A stretch of 63,670 nt of DNA, filler included, from Globobulimina sp. (GCA_003354225.1; 36 parts of 36 records of this genome joined end to end with filler, not necessarily neighbours in it), one strand, 5' to 3'. Shown: positions 10,533 through 22,842, counted from the whole stretch's first letter. The notes: generated by a model from the letters alone, not told the origin. Numbers and translations: made by a program.

Positions 10533-12429
10533 NNNNNNNNNNNNNNNNNNNNNNNNNNNNNNNNNNNNNNNNNNNNTTAATTAATTAANNNNNNNNNNNN
10601 NNNNNNNNNNNNNNNNNNNNNNNNNNNNNNNNTCGTTGATGTTCAATTATTACTCTAAATGCTCTATTTTTAAATAATTGCATGAGATCCTTTTAATTTT
10701 TAAATTTTCTGTTTTACGTAATTCGTGGATTGTGGCGGGAATTGTTTTTTAAAGGTGTATCCGAGAATTACGGCTGAGAGTTTTCACGAAGTCAGTCAAT
10801 GAATGGTAAGACGACAGTTCTTTAGCAAATGTGGGTTGTTTGGCATGTGCGTGAAATGCAGCATATGTTTTTTGCCGTATTAATAACCAACGAAAAGGAT
10901 ATATGACGAACCGCATACCAATGAGGTATTTTGTTGAACTGCATAATAATGCAACGTGAGTGCAAAATGTAATAAACACATAATACCATTTTATTTTTAC
11001 ATCATTTGCAATGTAAACAGGAATGAGAATGAGTGAGGGTAATAAAAGTGTTATGAGCAGCACCAATACGTTATGCAGAACAACACAAAATACGTATACT
11101 TTCATCATCATTTTATTATTGTATCGGGTTTTGATAGATATAGAGGATAAAATTGCCAATTATTCATGATTGATCCGCATATTATTTGGTGTAGGATTAA
11201 GCGAATGTATATGTTTTATTATTTATGTGTATTGGATGTGTTGATTGTTTCGAAAGGAGATATGTTAAGCCTATTATAATCCATTTTGAATGCATTCTCC
11301 TCATTACTTTTTTGGTTGAATGACTTTGAAGAATGTGATGTCTTTTCACTATTAAAACATAGTGGCATTGCCATTATTTCCCCATTTTGAATACTTATAG
11401 TTAGTTAGAACAACCCCTTACTAGGGAACACCATGATTCGTGAATCTGTATATATAAATTAAAAATATGGGTAGAATTACCTTTGTTCATTGCCCCCACC
11501 CCAAATAAAAGACCTATATGGCTATATCCTTGTTTGTGTACTATTTATTTAGTCTTCAAAATTGCATGGATATATTGTTTGTAGTTCCGGATATGGATAT
11601 GATTTTTTTTTTTTTTTTTGAAAGGGGGGGAAAAGTGATGTGGGTTTAATTTAGAGGTCTTTGATGGTAAAATAAAAAAAAATGATGGTTTATATAATTA
11701 AAAGTTCAATGGTTTCACGTTTTATTTTATCCATTTTTATTTCCGTGCTATGTATACTGATCAGCTGATCTTTGATACACTTTGGCGATGATTCATATTA
11801 ATAAAATTTAAAATAAGAACAAACAAAATCAAACCAAAACAACTTACATCTCTGAGAAAAAAAAATATAAAAAAAACAGGTATGATGACATTCCTTTTAT
11901 ATTTCAACCAAACAATAATAAACCAAAGATTTCAAAAATCATACATTGAAAAAAAAACAGAGAGCATACAAAAAAAAATGGAAAACACAAAAACGCATTG
12001 TCCATAAAATTAATATTGCCAAAATGGTCAAAGATAATCAGATAATGGTCATTTATGTTAAAAATGCTGTGTGTTGCAGTCGTTATTGTTATTGCACACT
12101 GACAGGAATATTAACATTACCTTGATTTTGTTGAGTAGCATTATTATTATTATTTGATTGTTGTTGTTGTGGTTGCTGTGGTTGCTGTTGTTGTTGTTGT
12201 GGTTGATATTCATTTCGATTTTGATAATTATTATTATTATTATCATAATTATTGTCATTAAATGATCCTCTTCCACGTGAAACAAACCCTCCCCCTCCCC
12301 GTCTNNNNNNNNNNNNNNNNNNNNNNNNNNNNNNNNNNNNNNNNNNNNTTAATTAATTAANNNNNNNNNNNNNNNNNNNNNNNNNNNNNNNNNNNNNNNN
12401 NNNNTCTGCCAATTAAATTATTTATTCTG

Positions 12430-12717
12430 TCACAGTTCCTTTCGCCGTTTGTTGTTCAAAAGTCTGATAGCTATATATGGGAAGAGGAACATTACGAAAA
12501 CCACAACCTTTGTCATGATCACTCCAGCATAGTTAATTATGTAAAACTGCTGTCTCGATATCGGGATTATTTTAGCTTGAATACTGTATGTAAGATCACC
12601 TGCAAGCAATATTGGAAGCCACCAAAAGAAAATCACCAATACCCCCATGACAAAACATCTAATTAATACTTGTCCGACCACTTCCAGGGTTTCATTTGTA
12701 TCATTTGAATTGGACAT
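12430..12717 (-). CDS. Small bacterial membrane protein (DUF6868-like)
   Basis: LIRCF...FFWW and FPYIAIRL; GGAGG ribosome-binding site just upstream of the ATG. Confidence 0.7.
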   Translation of the reverse strand: MSNSNDTNETLEVVGQVLIRCFVMGVLVIFFWWLPILLAGDLTYSIQAKIIPISRQQFYIINYAGVIMTKVVVFVMFLFPYIAIRLLNNKRRKEL

Positions 12718-12751
12718 GTGTTTCCTCCATTGGTTTGATTGGAGTCATAAC

Positions 12752-12935
12752 TAGTGCCTGTCAATAAATGGCCATTATCTCCTGACTCTTGATGTCTCGT
12801 AGACCCGCTTATCGGTTGCTCTCAAAAGTTGATCCTCGGGGGTAAGCGAAGACTCCGATATCAACTATACACCAGTATCAAATATATCGAGCGCCTCGAT
12901 TTAGCATAAAATGTCTCATTAATGGACAGACACTA
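12752..12935. mobile_element. Non-autonomous IS derivative (MITE) with imperfect ~25-bp terminal inverted repeats
   Basis: Left end TAGTGCCTGTCAATAAATG; reverse complement of the right end TAGTGTCTGTCCATTAATG; TA at both termini. Confidence 0.65.
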
Positions 12936-13079
12936 ACCAGAACTGTAAACTATATTAACTCGTCACACCTGATCCGTTTATCTCTAGTTTAGCAAACGAG
13001 AATTTGAATTTACAAGAATATTTCCGGGCATCTTGTTTTGAATTGGAAAAAAAGGGATGGATCTCGTTAGTTATTAACT

Positions 13080-13134
13080 ATATTTCTATATTTTTAGAAA
13101 TATGGTTGACAGCAGTTAGCATGAGAGTTACAGT
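13080..13134 (+). promoter_or_regulatory. ArsR operator-like palindrome plus sigma70 promoter
   Basis: ATATTTCTA-N6-TAGAAATAT (13080-13103); TTGACA (13106-13111), 17-nt spacer, TACAGT (13129-13134). Confidence 0.75.
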
Positions 13135-13140
13135 CACACC

Positions 13141-13434
13141 ATGGAAAATGAAATAGCAGCAAAAATGTTGGCAGAGCTTGGACATACTACCCGACTGTCG
13201 ATTTTCCGTTATCTGGTAAAAGTAGGTAGTGAAGGTGCACCAGTCGGGCAAATACAGGCCCAACTGGGCGTTCCTGGTTCAACCCTGTCGCATCACATCA
13301 ACCGCTTGGTCTCGGTTGGACTGATTCGTCAGGTTCGAGAAAGCCGAACTCTTTACTGCGTACCTCAATATGATATTTTAAGAGAGCTTATCGAATTTTT
13401 GTTGGCAGAATGCTGTACGGGTGGGCACTGTTAA
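13141..13434 (+). CDS. arsR: ArsR/SmtB family transcriptional repressor
   Basis: LGHTTRLSIFRYL, GSTLSHH HTH and C-terminal CC..C; typical length of 97 aa. Confidence 0.9.
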   Translation: MENEIAAKMLAELGHTTRLSIFRYLVKVGSEGAPVGQIQAQLGVPGSTLSHHINRLVSVGLIRQVRESRTLYCVPQYDILRELIEFLLAECCTGGHC

Positions 13435-13473
13435 GCAGCAATACCAGATGCTGGCATGATTTTTTTTGAGATT

Positions 13474-13497
13474 ATATTTCGATATATCTAGAATTAC
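13474..13497 (+). promoter_or_regulatory. Second ArsR operator-like site upstream of the permease
   Basis: ATATTTCGA-N6-TAGAATTAC, a near copy of the 13080 site. Confidence 0.6.
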
Positions 13498-13531
13498 AGA
13501 TGTCAAAATTTAAAAAGACTAGGTTGGTGAT

Positions 13532-14076
13532 ATGACAAACGAGATTCTAAAGATTGTTAATTTTATGGGAGATGCCTTCCTGCACATATGGCCCTATCTA
13601 CTGGTAACGATTCCCCTGGCCGTGGCTGTAAATATGTCTGGTGCTTCCCGTTATATCAAAAGAGCCTTTGATGCCGGTCCTGTTGCCGCAATTCTTCTGG
13701 CAACAGCAGTTGGTGCATTTAGTCCTTTTTGTTCTTGCGGTGTGATTCCAGTGGTTGCGGCCCTGCTCATCGGTGGTGTTCCTTTAGCACCAGTAATGTC
13801 GTTTTGGATCGCATCTCCATCCATGGATCCGGAAATATTTTTTCTCAGTGTGGCAACAATCGGCTGGAATTTAGCGATATGGCGGTTGGTTGGTACTTTG
13901 ATATTAAGCCTTGTAGCAGGGTTTATTACGCATTTATTTGTGCAGAAAAAATGGATTGGAGGTGATGTTTTGCGCAGACAGAGGCTTGCGGCGTCTCAGC
14001 CTATATTTTCTTTGATGCAAAATAATTGGCAAGAGCTGAAAATTAAAGTGCTTCGACATTTATTCTTCTGGAGAGC
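13532..14076 (+). CDS. ArsP/DUF318-family permease, 3' truncated
   Basis: SPFCSCGVIP and FWIASPSMDP motifs; multiple TM helices; lies downstream of arsR. Confidence 0.85.
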
Positions 14077-14176
14077 NNNNNNNNNNNNNNNNNNNNNNNN
14101 NNNNNNNNNNNNNNNNNNNNTTAATTAATTAANNNNNNNNNNNNNNNNNNNNNNNNNNNNNNNNNNNNNNNNNNNN

Positions 14177-15590
14177 CTATAAATGCAACGACTGCAATAC
14201 GTCGTTCTTCATTATAACGGCGCATAATTTCATTGATTTCATGCCCCGCATCCAATTTGCTCTCCACTTTGCATAATAATTCACTGAAATGGTTTCTTGC
14301 CGTTGCATATAAATTGATAGCATTGACAACGGCGCTCGGTTCATTCAAATGGTTGTAACGAAAAAGTAACAGATTGTTAACTTGGAGGGCATTGTCACGC
14401 ACCTTTTTATGTTGAAATACCGGCAATTGTTCATTTTTTAAAAGGATATAAATCTCATTCTTTCTCAAACACTCCGATAACACTGCAACATCATCAAATT
14501 TCGCCACCGGAGTTGGAGAAGGCGAAGGTGTACTGATTGGATTAAATTGTAATAACACATCATCTGAAATCAATGGAGATGTACTGAGCGATCGGTTAAT
14601 TGGTAACGGAGAGTCATTATTATTTGTATTGGAATGTCTGGATTTGCGATGGGTTCGTTGTTGATTTGATTTACTTCGTCGTCTATTATTTGTATTTCGT
14701 TTGATTTGCTGTTCCTTCTCATCGGAACGTTGCTGTTCCTGTGATGTCGGACTGGCAGAAGCATCAATTTCTACTTTGTCCGATTTATACAATGGATGCG
14801 AATGTCGTTTGGGTATTCTCATTGAGGATTTTGCCGAATTCTCATGAATAGCAGACAATGGAGGATGTGTTACAGCGGTTGTCACCGATGGAACTTCCTT
14901 CATTTCGATATCGGTATCTTTATCAGCAATATTTGTATTATTTCGGTTGTCATTTTGAAGAGGAGAGGCTTGCGATGTCGAACCCTGTAAATGTGCGAAA
15001 TTATTCTGCTGAGATAATATAATAACTTCGGAAGGAGATATATCATTGCCATCATCGGTCAAATCGACATTCAATATTTCATCATCCGACGAAGCAGCCA
15101 CAGTGGTTTGCTGTTTCTCAGTTTGTTGATCATCATTTTGTTGTTGTTCTGCGACAGTGGTAGGTGGCGCAAAGAAAGGAGATACTTTCACATCATAGTC
15201 TGCGATCTTAATATAATGTTTCCATTCAGTGGATTTTCTGAACGTCTTAACTGACTCTGTTGACACTTTGCGACAAAAGGCCGCCAATAAATCTTTTTCA
15301 TTTCGTACGAGGGTCGCTGGGCGAGAGTGGGCTGATTTGTATTTAACTTTAAATCGATCCAAAATAGCTTTGAACGAAGCAGATGCGGTAGGGATGATAT
15401 ATACGAATTTATTCTGCTGCACGAAACGGATAACTTCTTCGTAATCTTCTTTATAAAATTTCACCGGCGCTGCAGATGGTCCTTTCAGGGGAAGTTTCAT
15501 CAAAGACGGGGACATAACAAATAATTTGTCATTGTTCTCCACCTCATTAATAAATGCATCGAATTGTTGATCGGATAAAACTAACGCCAT
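14177..15590 (-). CDS. Hypothetical protein with a long disordered centre, 3' truncated
   Basis: Uninterrupted ORF of about 470 codons; no recognisable domain. Confidence 0.55.
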
Positions 15591-16068
15591 ATATAGCTAA
15601 TATGGATAGGAATATGCAATGTGGTGTGCACAATTTAGGAGTGAAATAGGTTTGCCGTCTCGATATCTGGTGAGCGCTTTTTAGTGGCAGCTGTCTGGTG
15701 AAATTAAAATGCGAAGACAGAGAGAAGAGAAAATAAAGTTTGTTGAAGAAAACTCGTAAGTAAAATGCAAGTAAGGATACAACACAATTTTCAACACAAA
15801 TCATAACACTGCGTTTTATTTATACTACGTAGAAATAAAACTCCGTATNNNNNNNNNNNNNNNNNNNNNNNNNNNNNNNNNNNNNNNNNNNNTTAATTAA
15901 TTAANNNNNNNNNNNNNNNNNNNNNNNNNNNNNNNNNNNNNNNNNNNNACATTTTATATTGTCCATCATCTATTTTTCTTTTTTTGCTAGTCATTTTTGG
16001 GTTGGAGTAAGTTTTTATTCTATCTATCAAATTCGTCCATTTATATCAATTACTAATAGTCAATCCAT

Positions 16069-17330
16069 ATGATTCAATCTTCACCAATCAAATTTTGCCA
16101 ATTATTGCAAGTTAAATTAAAATTTAATATATATATAAAATAAATATTACAAACGATGTGTTATTGCAGCTGACTCAATTAGGAATTCACCAAAATGCAA
16201 TCAAATTTACAAATATTACACTTGAATCAGATAGATACGTAGTAGTACGCGAAGATAATAAGATCTCTATAATAAACATAGCAACACATAATGTAACGCC
16301 ATTAAAAGTCACTGTAGATTCAGCCATAATGAATCCATCCACAAATGTATTAGGTTTACAATACAATAATAAGTTACAAATCTTTAATTTGGAGAAGCAA
16401 ACACAGCTCAAAACTACAATCGCAGCAGACACAGTATTATATTGCCGATGGTTGGATTCCCGCACAATTGCTTATGTTACACCTAAAGCAGTGTATCATT
16501 GGAGTGTCGAAGGAGATGCAGCAGAAAAGAAATTTGATATTATACCACAAGAACGACAAATGCAAATAATTGGATACGAGGTATCTGCAGATAATAATTG
16601 GTTATTTATTCAAGGAATTGCTAACTCACAAACGGATAATAGTATTGAAGGTGTATTACAATTATATAATATACCATCAAATAGACATCAACCCACAATC
16701 AATGCACATGGCGGTTGCTTTGCAAATTTAAATATTAATGGTAGAGTTGTTGTATTATTTTGCTTTACAAAAAAAGATGAAATGAATACTAAATTATTTA
16801 TAGTTGAATTAGGTAATAAAGAGAATCCATTGCGTGTACAAAGTGACATTCATTTTCAACATCAGAATGATTTTATTGTTAAGATGGTACCATGTAATAA
16901 ATATGGATGCATTTATGCCATTTCACAACAAGGAACATTGTATTTGTATCATATCCAAACTGGAAGGAAAATATTCTCGCGAAGCGTATCAAATGTATGT
17001 AGTTATTATATTTTATTATACACATTATATTATTATATTTTTTGTCCAATTGCAGACTACAATGTTTTTAGCAACGGCCGAGGCAAAAACACATGGCATA
17101 GTAACATTGGATAGAAGTGGTCGTGTTGCATTATTTTATATTGATACGGATAATTTTGTGCCATATATTGCGCATACTTTGGGTGACGCAAAATTAGGGG
17201 TTGTCATTGCAACAAACTTTAATTTGCCCGGAGCTGGCAATATATTTAAAGCACGGTTTGAACAGTTAGCGGCTCGGGGACAATATGCAGAGGCTGCTAA
17301 AATGTCTGCTGCTGCCCCTCAGGGTGCATT
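16069..17330 (+). CDS. CLTC: Clathrin heavy chain N-terminal propeller/linker (introns 16111-16169 and 16995-17055)
   Basis: PIKFCQLLQ|LTQLGI, TLESDRYVVVRE, DSAIMNP, LQIFNLE, NLPGA and AAAPQGAL; GT-AG introns restore the frame. Confidence 0.85.
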
Positions 17331-17620
17331 GCAAAGTAATTCACAATCAATTGGTTTATCCGTTGGTGGAGCCAAAGATATCAACAATTTCAGGCATTGT
17401 ATTGAACAAAATGTTATGCCACGTATTGGCTCAATTACTTACAATGGATTGTTTTATGAATATTATTTTGATACAGACGCAACAAAACATGATCAAATAA
17501 ATGATAATGATGAAAACAAGAATGATTTATTTTATCCATCATATTGTTTTGCCAAAATTAAATATAATGAAAAAGAGGAATATTTCATGTCCGCCGGTTT
17601 TAACTCCAACATAAAATCGG
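17331..17620 (+). CDS. N-terminal region of a vWA-domain protein family, in frame with clathrin
   Basis: SIGLSVGGAKDINNFR...ITYNGLFYEYYFDT; this is not clathrin sequence. Confidence 0.55.
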
Positions 17621-17720
17621 NNNNNNNNNNNNNNNNNNNNNNNNNNNNNNNNNNNNNNNNNNNNTTAATTAATTAANNNNNNNNNNNNNNNNNNNNNNNN
17701 NNNNNNNNNNNNNNNNNNNN

Positions 17721-19285
17721 CCGCGGATAAGAAATGTTATGTGCATGGCATCCGTGCCTTATTTGCCATTCATTCGCCAGTTTTTAAATCGATGCTCTAT
17801 GGAAATATGTTAGAATCGCAATCCATACACAATGTCAATGTTATATTACACGATATGACCTTGGATATTTTTTATTGTTTAACTTCATATTTTTATGGCT
17901 TTTCACCCGTTATAACCTACAAAAATGTGATTGGTTTATTCTATCACTGCGATAAATATTTAATACCACCGCTGAAGCAATTATGTATGCAGTATGTAAA
18001 TGATATTGATATTTCACTCGAAATTGAGGCGTTTTTATACATTTTGCAAGAATTACAGACGTATAATTTATGTTCGATATGGAAATCAATCATCTGTGAC
18101 ATGATAAAAACAATCGATATCAACAATGAACATCACATCACGCATTTTCTACAGATATTAAATAAATTATATGAGTGCGACTTGCATGACACATATCAGT
18201 TAGCCATAGATAATATAAATATTAAGCAATCCATTACGTGTCAACAAATATTATTTAATCCATTACTTTTAAAGCAGCCCCAAAAAATTATCCATCAAAT
18301 TATCAAAACGTTTCGCTATAAATATCCGTCGTTAATTAACCAAGAAAACCTATGGACTGCGACTGTGTCCTGGGCCAAAGCGCAAAATAACCACAAAAAT
18401 AATCAACATACAAAAGAATTAATTCATGAATTTCTCAAATATTTTGATTTTAAATGTTTCGACGCAGAATTTATGCGTGAGTTTGTGGAATGTGTTGGTG
18501 TTTTAAATGAGAAAGAAACGAATGACATATATCGTCGACATAGTGTACAATTGACCGATTTGCAAAAGAGAATAAATAAATTACAGTCAGAAAATAAGCA
18601 ACAGCAACAACAAAACTTGCACTATCAAAATAGATTGAAATTATCTGAGAAAAATATTCGAAATTTAAAAAAATTCCATAAGACAGAAATGACGCAAATC
18701 AGATCGCAGTATAATACAAATATGAACTCAATGAATACGCTGTTAACACATAATAAGGAGCATAAAGAGAAAGAATATGGCGATCGCGACAAGGAAAAGG
18801 AGGAGAATAATAATATCCGATTCGAATGGTACAGTCGCGAATATTTGTCAGTGAGCAAGAATGGAAAACAAATCACAACGATACGGGATGACTGTGCCTG
18901 GCTGTTATCGTATATAAATATAAAATGTATGTCGGGTGTGCATATTTTTAGTATTAAAGCGCATGAATGCGAACATGGCTATGATGCGATTGGTGTGATC
19001 AGTGTCAGGGATCAGTCGTTTTTATGTGGCAAACATTTCCCAGATAATAAATTGGGCCATCAATATTATTATCATCCAGCACAACATTCATGGTCGAAAG
19101 GGGAAACTATTACGGTTTTAATTGATTGTATTTCCTCGAGAATTGTATTCAAAAAAAATGGTATTATTGTACAAAAAAATGAGATTGAAAAAAATAAAGT
19201 ATTTTATCCTGTATTGCAAACGTGTGGATGTGCTGGACATAGATATGAAATATTGGAATATAAAAATATTTCTTCTTCGTTGTAA
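17721..19285 (+). CDS. BTB/POZ-BACK-coiled coil-SPRY-like protein, 5' truncated
   Basis: RALFAIHSPVFKSMLYGNMLES and CDKYLI..L..LC; C-terminal beta domain GETITVLID...FKKNG...FYPVL. Confidence 0.8.
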
Positions 19286-19623
19286 AATATGTTTTATGTT
19301 TTTTTTTACATTTTTTTTTCTTTAATTTTATTTTTTTTCGTTATAAATGATTGTTATTAAAGTAAGTTTTGATGATTTTAATTATGCAAGAANNNNNNNN
19401 NNNNNNNNNNNNNNNNNNNNNNNNNNNNNNNNNNNNTTAATTAATTAANNNNNNNNNNNNNNNNNNNNNNNNNNNNNNNNNNNNNNNNNNNNAAAGAAAG
19501 TAATGTTCCACGTGAATTAATTCGTTTAATTTGTGATTTTACAATACGTAAAAACAGAAAAATATATTGGCAAAGCGTATTACGCAATTGGTAACAATTT
19601 AATTTAATTTAATTTACTGTAAT

Positions 19624-20445
19624 TTAATTTAATGTATCTTTTTTATTTGAAACAACACTTGCTTCTTTAGAATCAATTTGTTTACATTCTGTTGCTTGAT
19701 AACTTTGAACAGATTTTGTGTTTTCTAAAGCAACAGTTGGTTTAATTTGTGGAGACTGTTGTTGATAATGAAATGTCATATCGCGTTGTTTATTATCAAT
19801 AAAATCACGATCTGACGAATGTTCTGAAGGAGTACCATCATATTCATCTGACGAATGTAAATCTAAATCTTCAGCATCTGTAATATGTAAATCATCGTCA
19901 TATGCATCCATTAATTCATCACTATCTTCATGTTCATTGATTGATAAATTAATCAAATCACATTGTACTTCTTTATGTAATAAATTTACTTTCCTCATCT
20001 TTATACAATTTAATTCTTGTTTTAATATTTCATTAGCAATAATAATACTTTGTAATTCTATCTCTAATTTTTTATGTGTTTCATCATTTTCCTTACAACT
20101 AACATAAGTATTATTATTTAATTTACGTTTTTTAGCATTTTTTTCTTCTTGTGGTTCTTCAAATGATTCACTCTGTAGAAACGATAAACTACAGATTTCT
20201 ATTTCTTTTTGCCTTTTGTAATAATCTCTTTCCTTCATATATTGCATTGTTTTAGCTTGTAATGACTTATTTTGTTGATTTAACTTTTTATTTGTACTTT
20301 TGTAATAATCCCTTTCTTTCATACATTGTTTTATTGTTGCTTGTAACGAATCATTTTGTTGATGTAACCTTTTATTTGTTTTTAACATTTGCACTTTTTC
20401 ATATGCGATTACACTAATTCTTTTAATTAATTTTTTATTGTCCAT
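19624..20445 (-). CDS. Coiled-coil protein with a duplicated 28-aa unit
   Basis: TNKRLHQQNDSLQATIKQCMKERDYYK / TNKKLNQQNKSLQAKTMQYMKERDYYK. Confidence 0.6.
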   Translation of the reverse strand: MDNKKLIKRISVIAYEKVQMLKTNKRLHQQNDSLQATIKQCMKERDYYKSTNKKLNQQNKSLQAKTMQYMKERDYYKRQKEIEICSLSFLQSESFEEPQEEKNAKKRKLNNNTYVSCKENDETHKKLEIELQSIIIANEILKQELNCIKMRKVNLLHKEVQCDLINLSINEHEDSDELMDAYDDDLHITDAEDLDLHSSDEYDGTPSEHSSDRDFIDNKQRDMTFHYQQQSPQIKPTVALENTKSVQSYQATECKQIDSKEASVVSNKKDTLN

Positions 20446-20556
20446 ATTTCAGATTAAACTAATTTAATTTAATGTAAACTATATTACAGATTGTTAACAA
20501 TGATGAGTATATAATTACATCATAACAATACATTATATACGTAACGATTTCAAACA

Positions 20557-21120
20557 ATGAATGTAGACATTCATACAGCGTTTCGAAAACACAATATACA
20601 GTATTTCACATCATATAATAATGTAAATAATCCTAATTCAGTAATACGATACATTACAGATCATCCGAATCATAGTAATACTGTTGCGGTAGCATTTGTT
20701 ATTAAAATAGATTTTAAAAAAGAAAAACCTGTAGTGCAGTATGCGTTATTTAAAGATTGGATTCATTTTGCACAAGTACTAAATGACATAGCCGATAAAC
20801 ATCGAACATTTTGTAATATATTTTCATCTCCTCATCGTAGTTTGTATATGGACTTAGATTTCAAAAGTGCTGATACATTGTTATTAGGCAAATCTAAATC
20901 GATAGGAAGAAAAATCACAGATATCATAATATCTGCAATTTATCAATTGAAGACAAACAATCAATTGAAAGGTAAAATGAAAATGGAATGTTCAATTGCA
21001 AATATTAACAGTTCTATATTAGCATTTGATGAAAGTATCGCAACAGTTTTGATGAAAGTATCGCAACTAAAATACATAATAAACACTCCTTTTGTTGTTC
21101 ATCGAGCTTATCAAATCTAG
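20557..21120 (+). CDS. PrimPol/AEP-like N-terminal fragment
   Basis: YALFKDW..F...HRTFCNIFSSPHRSLYMDLDF resembles AEP motif I (DxD/E); the later motifs are absent. Confidence 0.4.
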   Translation: MNVDIHTAFRKHNIQYFTSYNNVNNPNSVIRYITDHPNHSNTVAVAFVIKIDFKKEKPVVQYALFKDWIHFAQVLNDIADKHRTFCNIFSSPHRSLYMDLDFKSADTLLLGKSKSIGRKITDIIISAIYQLKTNNQLKGKMKMECSIANINSSILAFDESIATVLMKVSQLKYIINTPFVVHRAYQI

Positions 21121-21264
21121 TTAATATGAATTTGAATTTATTTCGGATTTGTTTTTCTAATGTANNNNNNNNNNNNNNNNNNNNNNNNNNNNNNNNNNNN
21201 NNNNNNNNTTAATTAATTAANNNNNNNNNNNNNNNNNNNNNNNNNNNNNNNNNNNNNNNNNNNN

Positions 21265-22842
21265 TTATTAGAGTCCAACGATTGTGATGAATATGAATTA
21301 AACAACGACTATTCCAACAATCAACGTCGTTTATCCTCCTCCACCAACACCGACCATGCCATTAAATGTACGAATGTAATCCCAGTGCTATTTAAACAAT
21401 TATGTGTACAGTGGGATGCACGCAATGGTTTCTCATACAATTATGCTGCGCCACAGCCAATAGCATCACATTTATCTGATACAAACTGGTTTTATTCCAA
21501 TCGCGATGATAAAATATCCTCTGCCACCGCTGCGGGTAAACATTATGGCGATTTATTGTCACAAAATGATATATATTTAGGCGATGATGCGGCATGGAAT
21601 GAGATAAATTATGCCAATCAATTATCATCGTTCAGTTTAAGTGACGAAGGCTCACATAATCATTTTTTGAAGAATTTCGCCAAAGGCTCCTTCAAACAAT
21701 GCAGACACAGTGCGATGATGAGCGAGTGTACGCAGTTTCATTTACCATCCAAGACATTGACGGTAAAAATAAAAACTGCAAAATATAGGAAACAACCCAG
21801 TGAAGAAAATGAGGGTGTTGCTGCCAGGCAAATTCCTGCTAATTTGGCAGATATTGATGGTGCAAATGCCAATGTGATGGAAGATAATTATATAAATAAT
21901 GAATATTATCAAGATGATGGATATTATGATGATGATGATGGATATTATCAGGACGAGGAAGAGGATGAGGATTATTATGAAGATTATTATGATGAATATT
22001 ACGATGATGAATATTACGATGATTATGATGGTGATGACTATGATGAATATTATCAGGAAGAGGAGGATTATGATGATGCGTATTATGATGATGGTTTTGA
22101 GGAACTATTTGAAGATGTTGCTGCGTATGATTTTGAGCATGAATGTATGTCTAAAAAATACCAGCGACATATGTACAATATATAGCAGTTTGAAACTGGA
22201 AAAAAATGTGTTTTTACATTGCATACAGTGTGCAAGGATAAAATCCATTTGTTTCTGGTGGTTTTGTGTATATCCTTGCACATGTTTTTAAGGCCAAATA
22301 TGAAAACAGATCCTTTGTAATATACAGTTGAATATGGCGATGCGCGCGGATATCATAACTGGGCGGCGGATAGGATGAGGTGGGATGCCTTTGATTGCAT
22401 AAATTGTGATGAAAGAGCAAGGAAAAGATTAATCGATTTGGAGTTAGGATCATTGTATGATTTATACGGTGATTATACGTATTTATTTCATGATCATGCG
22501 CTAGATTTCAGCAATGATAATGATTGGAACGAGATTACAAAAGAAGGCGGCATGAAATGTAGTATTGCTATACCTGGATTAGCACATAAATTATGTGTGG
22601 ATCTCTCAAAGGATAAAGACGATGCTACCATTTCATTTGCAGCGGCTGATGACGATGATATCGATTATGGTTATTACGATATGTATGGCTATGATATGTA
22701 TTATTATAATATGGACCATCTATATGGCCATGGAGCACATCCAGAGAAACATAGTGATGCTCAATTGCAAGAAATCGATATAGGTTCAAGTTTGTTTCAT
22801 TTTCACACCGCAAAGTCACTAAAACTTACTTCACATTTTTGA
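21265..22842 (+). pseudogene. Asp/Tyr-rich protein with two in-frame stops (22183-22185 TAG, 22318-22320 TAA)
   Basis: ORFs 21385 and 22375 are in the same frame; long D/E/Y tracts. Confidence 0.45.

Noticed and set aside
22183-22320. Stop-codon reassignment (TAA/TAG = Gln)
   Set aside because: Conserved genes (Nudix, METTL5, TRAP1, villin headpiece) end at TAA/TAG at the expected positions and have no internal stops
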